Virus record (IMG/VR): IMGVR_UViG_3300002092_000184
Span: 1 to 24,661 of that record
DNA length: 24,661 nucleotides
Reading direction: 5' to 3' (one strand)
From: a virus
Taxonomy: Duplodnaviria > Caudoviricetes
A program made the translations under genes and the position numbers. The notes below the pieces were generated by a model. That model saw nothing but the letters and a program-made list of their open reading frames with translations. It was not told where the DNA came from and did not search any database. Positions 1-7,188 of this stretch are shown piece by piece. Within the stretch, counting starts at the first letter, position 1, and each line of letters starts with the position of its first letter.

Positions 1-1
1 T

Positions 2-1219
2 ACCACCGAAGTTACCACCAGCGTTAGCTTCGAACTGTGCCTCTGTACGTGTATCACGATAAACATTAAAGCGACCAGCAAGTGAGCCTACCTTTGCAAC
101 ACCGACGGGCTGTGTGTTCACATTGCCTTGTACAGGTACCCACTGGAACTCAGGAAGCATTTCAAGGATTGCGCACACCTTAGGTGTACCAACGATGAAA
201 TTAGCTGAGCCACGGCGGTTACGTACAGCAATACGATTAGCCTCGACGATTAATCTCTGATAGAAGTCACGGTTACGCTCAACCAACCAACGACCATCGG
301 CTGATGCAGGATTCCATACAGAATACCCAGTACCGTAACCGGCATTGAGAGCTGTCTGGATCATGCGGATGATCATTTCACGGTCGATTTCGGCCTGAAG
401 CTCATACGACATAGCGTTTGTGAGCTCAGTATCGATATCGATACCGTTCATATTCTTAAGATCCTGCTCAAGTTCAACAGACCAGCGAGCTGCGAGACGG
501 CGTGTACCGGCTTCAACTGCTGTCTTTTCAAATGAGACAACGATTTGAGGAATATTACTGTTTAATTCGAAAGCACCAAGAAGCTGGGCTACGCCCTGAT
601 CTTGTGCCATCATTGGGAAGAGTGTACCTGCGCCACCAAGACCTGATAACGATCCAGCGGATGTACCGGTGAAGCGAGAATCAAGATATTGATAACCAAG
701 TTCAGAACCTGAGTCAGCGGAGAGAGCAGGAGCGCCGTACTGTGTTGTAACAGAACCGTCTACCTTACCATCGCCGTAACCAAGGGATGTACCTTCGTAC
801 TTATATCGGAGTGCAAATGCAAGTCCTACTGGACCACTCATAGGCTGAACACCAACGATTTCGTTAGTGATAAGCTCTGGGAATGTACGTCTGATCATCG
901 GGATGAGAATCTTCGGGAGACGAGCATCACCTGTAGCATAAGCGTTATCATTCTGTGAAGGGAACTGGTTACCATAGGCACCGTCATTGACGTTACCAGA
1001 ATTGAATGATGAACCTGTACCACCAGACTGATTGCTTGCTTCGCGTAAGCACCAATTTTCTTGGTTTTCCAAGAGAATTGCTGTATTTAAGCGTGTGTGA
1101 TCGTCTTCGATAGGACGGACGTTATCTGATGAGTAGTTAAGAACTGGGTTCCACTTCTCGAGAAGCGCCTGTGCACGATTTGTATCGATGTAAGACTGTG
1201 AGGGACGAATATTTGACAT
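2..1219 (-). CDS. gp23: Major capsid protein (T4 gp23-like); 3' end runs off the left edge of the window
   Basis: Not in the ORF track; translated by hand from ATG at 1219: MSNIRPSQSYIDTNRAQALLEKWNPVL...TAILLENQE...LIPMIRRTFPELITNEIVGVQPMSGPVGLAFALRY...FEKTAVEAGTRRLAARWSVELEQDLKNMNGIDIDTELTNAMSYELQAEIDREMI...NRIAVRNRRGSANFIVGTPKV. These are hallmark gp23 motifs. It follows the scaffold gene. Confidence 0.97.
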   Translation of the reverse strand, partial: MSNIRPSQSYIDTNRAQALLEKWNPVLNYSSDNVRPIEDDHTRLNTAILLENQENWCLREASNQSGGTGSSFNSGNVNDGAYGNQFPSQNDNAYATGDARLPKILIPMIRRTFPELITNEIVGVQPMSGPVGLAFALRYKYEGTSLGYGDGKVDGSVTTQYGAPALSADSGSELGYQYLDSRFTGTSAGSLSGLGGAGTLFPMMAQDQGVAQLLGAFELNSNIPQIVVSFEKTAVEAGTRRLAARWSVELEQDLKNMNGIDIDTELTNAMSYELQAEIDREMIIRMIQTALNAGYGTGYSVWNPASADGRWLVERNRDFYQRLIVEANRIAVRNRRGSANFIVGTPKVCAILEMLPEFQWVPVQGNVNTQPVGVAKVGSLAGRFNVYRDTRTEAQFEANAGGNFGG

Positions 1220-1261
1220 ATAATTATTAAATTTCTTTCTTTTGTGTCGACCTTGTAATTC

Positions 1262-1308
1262 TATTCAGGGGATTAACCCTCAATAAGAAAGGAAATAAAT
1301 TTTCCTTT
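1262..1308 (-). promoter_or_regulatory. Two tandem stem-loops in the gp22-gp23 intergenic region
   Basis: AAAGGAAA-TAAAT-TTTCCTTT (1288-1308) and TATT-C-AGGG-GATTAA-CCCT-C-AATA (1262-1285). Function unknown. Confidence 0.5.
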
Positions 1309-1323
1309 AAATCTTTTTATAAA

Positions 1324-2208
1324 TTAATATTTGTGAAGCTCTGACATATATACACCAGCATAAGGGCTTGTGTAATTTTCAGTAACATTCTCAACAGATT
1401 CCTCGATGACTTGGCGATCAACTGTATTAGCTACAGCCTCTGTGATTGCCTCATCTTTGAGATTATTGATTCGCTCTTCTTCGGTTTTTTCGAATAAACC
1501 AAGAGTATAATTAAAGTTTTCAGCGATGAATTTAGCAGACTTGGAAGATAACATCTTCTTCATGTATACTTTCTTTTCATCGTCGAGGTCGGATACCTTC
1601 TGTTCGAGAACGAGGGTAGCCTTAACTTTATTTAGCTCTTCGTTTAACGAAGAAACACGCTTATTAGCGAATTCAAGCTGTTGAACAGCTTCATCAATTT
1701 GTGTCTTTCCATCTACAACTGCATCGCGAATGCTCTCCTGAGCAAGTGCCATGTCAACTGAAAGCATATTGCGAATCTCTGCAAGTACTGCATCGGCACG
1801 CTTATTGCTTACTGCTTCCTGAATGGAAGCGGTTGGAAGTTTTTCTTCAAGGTAGAGATCAAGGTAATTGCTAACCTCATCAACCATTGTATTCTTGAAA
1901 TTTGTTGCCTCATTTGTGAGGGCTGCTTCGTATTTTTCAACGATAGCTTTGAGCTTCTTGGAGCGATCTCGATCAAGAGCTGTTACTACTTGATTGAGCT
2001 TACCAACGTGATCAGCATCGATAGCCTCGAGAAGTGTCTCGAGCTTATTGCTATAATCTTCATCCTGTTCGTTAAGAGCCTTTTCAACGTGAAGTTGAAC
2101 CTTAGCATCTACTGAAGCGTTATAAGCTGCTTCAATTTCGTTAAGAACGTCCTCTGTAAGAATATCCTTTGTGGCTTCTTTGAGAACTTGAGAGATGTTT
2201 TTTTCCAT
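1324..2208 (-). CDS. gp22: Prohead core scaffolding protein (gp22-like)
   Basis: 294 aa, acidic and coiled-coil-like, with 'MVDEVSNYLDLYLEE' resembling the gp22 conserved segment. Lies directly upstream of the major capsid gene. Confidence 0.88.
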   Translation of the reverse strand: MEKNISQVLKEATKDILTEDVLNEIEAAYNASVDAKVQLHVEKALNEQDEDYSNKLETLLEAIDADHVGKLNQVVTALDRDRSKKLKAIVEKYEAALTNEATNFKNTMVDEVSNYLDLYLEEKLPTASIQEAVSNKRADAVLAEIRNMLSVDMALAQESIRDAVVDGKTQIDEAVQQLEFANKRVSSLNEELNKVKATLVLEQKVSDLDDEKKVYMKKMLSSKSAKFIAENFNYTLGLFEKTEEERINNLKDEAITEAVANTVDRQVIEESVENVTENYTSPYAGVYMSELHKY

Positions 2209-2213
2209 ATAAA

Positions 2214-2903
2214 TTATTTATTAGCGGCTTTGCTGATTGAGCGTTTTAATTTACTATCAACTACGCCTTGTAAATACTTATTAGCTGAGGCGTAATTTTT
2301 TTGAGATATGGCCTTAATAAAATTATTAATTTGAGTTGATTCATGAGAAAGACCTGTTTTTCTACGACGCTCATTTTCCTTGGCATATGCTGCTTGACAT
2401 TTCGGACAATCACACGATGGTGACCAAGCATGTGGCTTAGGCTTTGATTCAGCATCTTCACCTGGGGTTGCTTCTACGTAACTAATAAATTCGTTCAATT
2501 CATCATCATCCATTGCACCAATTGAGTGAATATTCTTAGCAAGTTCGATAGGATCAACACCATACTCTTCGGCAACACCATCAATAATTTCAGCATAATG
2601 CTCGCCTGTCTCAAATTCATCGATGGCAACGCGTGTAGCTTGCTTTAAGGCACTTGAAGACTCTCCGCTCGGATCACGCTCAACATCATCATGATTATCA
2701 TAATCACCTGTCTCTTCATCACTTTGTGTAAGAGCTGTTGCAACACTGCCTGCTTTAGTAGGGTCCTTACCAATAGTTGCAAGTGCTTTCTTTGCTTTTG
2801 CTAAATTAGCTAATGTAGCAGTATCTGGTTGATTACCAGCAGCAATTATACTGTTTACAGCTTGTGCAGCTTTTGTATAAGCAAGTTCTTGTGGAGTAGG
2901 CAT
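2214..2903 (-). CDS. Putative prohead core protein: C-terminal gp67-like helix pair plus a long acidic N-terminal extension containing an HxxxxxCxCxxC motif
   Basis: Located between protease and scaffold genes and has its own TATAAATA box. The C-terminus INNFIKAISQKNYASANKYLQGVVDSKL resembles small T4-like core proteins. Confidence 0.55.
   Translation of the reverse strand: MPTPQELAYTKAAQAVNSIIAAGNQPDTATLANLAKAKKALATIGKDPTKAGSVATALTQSDEETGDYDNHDDVERDPSGESSSALKQATRVAIDEFETGEHYAEIIDGVAEEYGVDPIELAKNIHSIGAMDDDELNEFISYVEATPGEDAESKPKPHAWSPSCDCPKCQAAYAKENERRRKTGLSHESTQINNFIKAISQKNYASANKYLQGVVDSKLKRSISKAANK
2215..2222 (-). promoter_or_regulatory. Late promoter AATAAATA (gp22)
   Basis: T4 late consensus TATAAATA with 1 mismatch, 6 nt before ATG. 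Confidence 0.65.
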
Positions 2904-2908
2904 AGGAT

Positions 2909-2916
2909 TATTTATA
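2909..2916 (-). promoter_or_regulatory. Late promoter TATAAATA (core protein gene)
   Basis: Perfect T4 late consensus, 5 nt before ATG. Confidence 0.75.
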
Positions 2917-3574
2917 GTTTAGATAGGAAAGAAAGTATCTGTTCTTTTAAAAAGTTTGATACATCGTGACGAGGTAGATTTTTAAGACTGCTTGCAAAAT
3001 GTTCATACACCTCTTCAAACTTACCATCCATACCAACAACATATTGTTTTGATTCTAAAATACCATTAACAAATGCTCTTGGGCAGCTAGGATCTGCTAC
3101 ACAATCAACAGCGATAAGACGCATTTCATTAACACGATTGACACCACCTGATTGTTCTTCAAGCTGGCCAAGGGCACGGCTTGACATACCAACTCGTACA
3201 CCATCATTAATAAGTGAGCGTACGATTTGACCTGTTGGTGTTGAAAGGACGATTGACTCTCCGTAGATTGTCTTACCATCTTTACGAAGAGATGTGACCA
3301 TGTGACAGGCACGTTCGAGATCAACTTCAGCCGAAGCAGGATGATTTAACTCACCTAATGATCTTTTATTATTAATCATTTCATTAATATAACGATCAAC
3401 CTCTCTAGCCATATCTGACTCAGTATAGATGCGTTGGTTTTTATTAACTGTTTCACACTCCATATAAGGACCGCGAATTTTCATTACTGATGGACCTTTT
3501 GAATTTTTTTCTTCGAGAATATACTCAAATTGTTCCTCAGGTGCTGGTGTTTCGACGAGTAGACGTAGTGACAT
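2912..3574 (-). CDS. gp21: Prohead maturation protease (gp21-like)
   Basis: Motifs NKNQRIY, SLGELNHP, HMVTSL, LSTPTGQIVRSLI, GMSSRALG (catalytic Ser region) and DCVADPS. Confidence 0.96.
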   Translation of the reverse strand: MSLRLLVETPAPEEQFEYILEEKNSKGPSVMKIRGPYMECETVNKNQRIYTESDMAREVDRYINEMINNKRSLGELNHPASAEVDLERACHMVTSLRKDGKTIYGESIVLSTPTGQIVRSLINDGVRVGMSSRALGQLEEQSGGVNRVNEMRLIAVDCVADPSCPRAFVNGILESKQYVVGMDGKFEEVYEHFASSLKNLPRHDVSNFLKEQILSFLSKL

Positions 3575-3579
3575 ACAAT

Positions 3580-3587
3580 TATTTATA
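3580..3587 (-). promoter_or_regulatory. Late promoter TATAAATA (gp21)
   Basis: Perfect consensus, 5 nt before ATG. Confidence 0.75.
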
Positions 3588-3598
3588 TTATTAGATTA

Positions 3599-4063
3599 CT
3601 ATTTATTTAGTCCAAGATGATCTTCTGTCAATAGAAGAAATGAATATTTGTGTTTTTCACACCATGCTTTAGCTGCCTTCCATTTAGCCATGTTTTGCGC
3701 ATAACGAGCAGTTTCATAAACCATAGTAGAATTGCGTTTTTTACCCTTAACTGGTGCTACAGTTTGAGACTTAGGTTTTATTTCAATGATATAACGTTTT
3801 ATACCATCTGATTCTTTAATAGCCACAACACCATCTGTATAATAGCGGTGTACCTTATTATCTAGAGGACTAACGTATGGTATAATAACAGCTTCTGATG
3901 CCCATTCCACAACGTTAGAATTATCATCACACCACCGAAAAAACTTTAATTCCCATGAGCTCAAATATCGAATCGGTTTTTGTCCTATATATTTGTCTGG
4001 ATATTTTGGTTTAAATAAACCTTGTTTAAATTTTTTTCCATTAGGTGGCAGTGGCAGTGTCAT
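3599..4063 (-). CDS. gp4: Head completion protein (gp4-like, TnsA-type nuclease fold)
   Basis: QGLFKPKYPDKYIG, YLSSWELKFFRWCD, WASEAVIIPYVSPLDNKVHRYYTD, IEIKPKSQT, NMAKWKAA, LLTEDHL. Confidence 0.95.
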   Translation of the reverse strand: MTLPLPPNGKKFKQGLFKPKYPDKYIGQKPIRYLSSWELKFFRWCDDNSNVVEWASEAVIIPYVSPLDNKVHRYYTDGVVAIKESDGIKRYIIEIKPKSQTVAPVKGKKRNSTMVYETARYAQNMAKWKAAKAWCEKHKYSFLLLTEDHLGLNK

Positions 4064-4170
4064 AATTCTTTAATGTGATATATCAGTTTGTTAAACTCGT
4101 GATAGTCCTTATCAATTATTATGATAAATTTGTATTTCTTAATATCTATAGATACAAATTTACTACACAC
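4060..4170 (-). pseudogene. Probable remnant of a free-standing (homing) endonuclease gene
   Basis: Short open frame VCSKFVSIDIKKYKFIIIIDKDYHEFNKLIYHIKEL* whose TGA overlaps the gp4 ATG (ATGA). 'YKFIIIIDKDYHEF' resembles C-termini of phage PD-(D/E)xK endonucleases. An upstream sigma70-like promoter is present. Confidence 0.4.
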
Positions 4171-4186
4171 TTTTATACTTAGTCAA
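4157..4186 (-). promoter_or_regulatory. Sigma70-like promoter TTGACT-N18-TAAATT
   Basis: -35 box at 4186-4181 and -10 box at 4162-4157, followed 7 nt later by an in-frame ATA of the remnant ORF. Confidence 0.35.
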
Positions 4187-4190
4187 CAAA

Positions 4191-5345
4191 CTAAGAAAAT
4201 ATAGTAGAAATAGCATCACCTAAATCAGCTAAAAATATAGATACAGGCATTAAGAAACCCACTATCCAAGCGCCGATGAAGAATTGAGGCGGAGCTGCGT
4301 CTCCGAACCCAGGAGCTCCTGTATACAGCTTTTCCTCTAATTTGTCTTTTTCAGCAAGCCCTTGACTTAGTAGATCGTTATAATTAACAGAACCACCTCC
4401 AAACATTGTTGTACCAGAGTACTTACCACGAACATTACCTACAGCAATTTTACTAAGAGCTAAAGCATATTGATATACCCATTGTTCTTTAATAATATCT
4501 CTCAAGGGTCGTTCTACATAACATGGAAATACACCCCAGAAATGACTACCAGACCCAGGTGTACGTGGTGGTGGATAGAATGTAACATATTGTGTTCTAG
4601 GATCAAATGTGAACGCTCTTTTTGTCGCAAGTAATTTTTCTCTTACACCTAACCAGTTCTTAAGAGTATACCAACTAATAAGATCAAACCCATAGTTTCC
4701 CATCGCGTAACTAAAGTAAGTTTGCTGAGCTAATGTCTGTTCAATCGTGAATAATGTATTAACACCATCTGATGTTCCTTCTTCAAAATCAACTACATCA
4801 ATAACACGTCGATAATTCATCGCATCATAATCAAAGCTATTAACATATTGTGCTGTATCATTAGTTGATGGCTTAAATGTACTTGCAACAGCACTATTAA
4901 AATTAATAACACTCAAATAATCATAAGTTGTTAGGATTTGATTTGCATATATACCTGTTGGATATATAGCTGATAGTTTTGTTGATGTACTGAAATAACC
5001 TGCAGGTATAGTTGAGGTAGCTGCATAGACTGTCGAAGATGGTACAGTAACTTTACTAAATTCAGGTGTAATGCTAAACAGATCATCAAGCTTAATACCC
5101 TTACCGGTTACATAGAGATCAGAGTTAAATACAATATATTCTTCCGTATATCCTGCAAACTTTGTAAACATCTCACAGGCTATTGATATATTCTCAAATA
5201 ATTGATCTGAATGTATTTCAACATTAATCATCGGTGCACCAAGAGACCGTGTAATTCTATCACCTAGGCGTGAGAATGATTGAATTTTACTATTGAGATT
5301 AGTGCTTTGAAAGGCACTAATCGGGGTTATAGCTGAGCAGTCCAT
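4191..5345 (-). CDS. gp13: Neck protein (gp13-like) with a C-terminal hydrophobic extension
   Basis: RSLGAPMINVEIHSDQLFENI, WVYQYALALSKIAVGNVRGKYSGTTMFGGGSVNYNDLLSQG, PPQFFIG. Confidence 0.92.
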   Translation of the reverse strand: MDCSAITPISAFQSTNLNSKIQSFSRLGDRITRSLGAPMINVEIHSDQLFENISIACEMFTKFAGYTEEYIVFNSDLYVTGKGIKLDDLFSITPEFSKVTVPSSTVYAATSTIPAGYFSTSTKLSAIYPTGIYANQILTTYDYLSVINFNSAVASTFKPSTNDTAQYVNSFDYDAMNYRRVIDVVDFEEGTSDGVNTLFTIEQTLAQQTYFSYAMGNYGFDLISWYTLKNWLGVREKLLATKRAFTFDPRTQYVTFYPPPRTPGSGSHFWGVFPCYVERPLRDIIKEQWVYQYALALSKIAVGNVRGKYSGTTMFGGGSVNYNDLLSQGLAEKDKLEEKLYTGAPGFGDAAPPQFFIGAWIVGFLMPVSIFLADLGDAISTIFS

Positions 5346-5351
5346 TTTATA

Positions 5352-5359
5352 TATTTATT
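5352..5359 (-). promoter_or_regulatory. Late promoter AATAAATA (gp13)
   Basis: 6 nt before ATG. Confidence 0.65.
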
Positions 5360-7130
5360 AAGCAGGAGGTGCTTCTGCTCCGGGTGCTCCTCCTGCAGGA
5401 GGAGCTTCACCAGCTGGTGCTGCTTCAGGTGGAGCTTCGGTAGGTCCAGGACCAAATTCCGGTGGTGCACCTGTAGGAGCAGCTGCTCCGCCTGCTGCTG
5501 TTTCACCAGCACCACCAGCAGCAGTGAGGTCACCAACTTCACGCCAATCAGGACCTGTGTTTTCAATTTGTGCAAGCTCCCACATGAGCTCTTTATCTTT
5601 TCTAAGGAACTCTCTATTGGCCATTACCTCAGAGTCCGTCCATCCTAGATATCTCTTTTGAGCATATGTCTTAGATACAAAATCACTTTGAGTAATAGAA
5701 TTAAAGTTCTCAGCTTTAAGTTGGAATTTTTGATTCTCTCGTAACTCGTAAAAGTTTGTAGGTACGTTAAACTCAAGATCGAGATTTGTATCTCTTAGTC
5801 TCATCTCACTAAAGATGCCTTTAAGCTTAAGGTGAGTAATAAAACCGTTCTTCAATCCGCCTGCAAAGCGTTGTTGTTGACGAATAATAAAACGAGCAAA
5901 CTTGAGCTCCTCACGTAAGATATCAGCTCCATCCTTATATGGATCATCAGGATTGAGACGAGTGGAAGGTACCTTTAAGGAGCTATAAAGTTTCTTTACA
6001 AAGTACATTAAATCTGTAAGCTCACCTAAATTTGAACCACCTGCAAGCTGGGTAACAGATGTACCTTCTGAGCCTGCTCTCTTAGCAAACCAAAAGCTAT
6101 CAAGCATGGACTGTGGGTTAAACTTTTGTACTGTAGCACCTTGATTAGCATCATAGGTACGCTTTGACCAATAGTTGGTCATAAGTTTTCTAAGATAGGC
6201 TTCAGCCTTCGGTGGAGGCATATTACCAACATCAACATTAAAGACTAAGCGCTCTGGAGCTCTTACGAGTCTGTAAATGACAATTGCATCTTCAATGAGA
6301 CTCAATTGACGATAAGCACGACGTGCATTTTCAATAAACGGTAAACGTAAATTTTTATTTTCATTCCATATACCAGAATTAATATATGTAACTTGATTCA
6401 TATCCATCGGTATAAGCTCAACTTTAGCTATCTTACCGGGGTTCTTGGCATCATAAATATTTTTACGTAATAGGTAACCCTTAGTTACCATGTTCTGTAC
6501 ATTTTCAAAAATAGGATCAATAAGCTCAGATGGGATTGTTATAACACCTAAAATACCCTCCTTAGGATGATTTTTGTGAATAATATGTTCAAAATAAAGT
6601 TCAGCATCTACAAGAAGTTGACGAATATATTCCCATCCTCTATTTTCAAAATCAAAATATCCGATATATTTGTTAAACTCACGACGTACTTTTTCTTTTT
6701 GTGTTTCAGATAAATCGACATCAACAAAGCGTAACTTTACAATCTCACCATTTTCATCTTTATTAACAAACTCATCACAAATCTCATCTAAAGCATCTGC
6801 AACTTCCGAGAAGGCAGCCATAACTCTATAATCCATTAATCTACGACCCTTATCAGGTTGTATATTAGCGTACATGAAATCGTGATAATCTTTATTCTGG
6901 AGTATACTTGCGTATTGATCGTCAGTTGTTGATATGGACGATGATATGGATTGTCTAGTTAAAGCACCAATTCTATCAGAACCACGATTATAGAATAATT
7001 CATATTTAGGATTTAATTCCTTAACTTTGTCTTGTGGATTATACGCCTGATAAGGAAGCTTAGAGGAAACGTAGTTCATTAACTCTCTACCAAACGTACT
7101 CTCTCTATTTGAATCAACATTATCAGCCAT
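5358..7130 (-). CDS. gp20: Portal protein (gp20-like)
   Basis: YRVMAAFSEVADALDEI, YRQLSLIEDAIVIYRLVRAPERLVFNVDVGNMPPPKAEAYL, EGTSVTQLAGGSNLGE, YFVKKLYSSLKVPSTRL, ILREELKFARFI. Confidence 0.98.
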   Translation of the reverse strand: MADNVDSNRESTFGRELMNYVSSKLPYQAYNPQDKVKELNPKYELFYNRGSDRIGALTRQSISSSISTTDDQYASILQNKDYHDFMYANIQPDKGRRLMDYRVMAAFSEVADALDEICDEFVNKDENGEIVKLRFVDVDLSETQKEKVRREFNKYIGYFDFENRGWEYIRQLLVDAELYFEHIIHKNHPKEGILGVITIPSELIDPIFENVQNMVTKGYLLRKNIYDAKNPGKIAKVELIPMDMNQVTYINSGIWNENKNLRLPFIENARRAYRQLSLIEDAIVIYRLVRAPERLVFNVDVGNMPPPKAEAYLRKLMTNYWSKRTYDANQGATVQKFNPQSMLDSFWFAKRAGSEGTSVTQLAGGSNLGELTDLMYFVKKLYSSLKVPSTRLNPDDPYKDGADILREELKFARFIIRQQQRFAGGLKNGFITHLKLKGIFSEMRLRDTNLDLEFNVPTNFYELRENQKFQLKAENFNSITQSDFVSKTYAQKRYLGWTDSEVMANREFLRKDKELMWELAQIENTGPDWREVGDLTAAGGAGETAAGGAAAPTGAPPEFGPGPTEAPPEAAPAGEAPPAGGAPGAEAPPA

Positions 7131-7141
7131 AGGTTACAAAT

Positions 7142-7149
7142 TATTTATC
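7142..7149 (-). promoter_or_regulatory. Late promoter GATAAATA (gp20)
   Basis: 11 nt before ATG. Confidence 0.6.
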
Positions 7150-7188
7150 AAATGATTATACCATTTAAACTATTAAACTCCACTTATC

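Noticed and set aside
2261-5575. Short alternative-frame minus-strand ORFs (2261-2461, 3097-3324, 5327-5575)
   Set aside because: They lie within or largely overlap real genes, have shifted-frame composition and show no independent signals.
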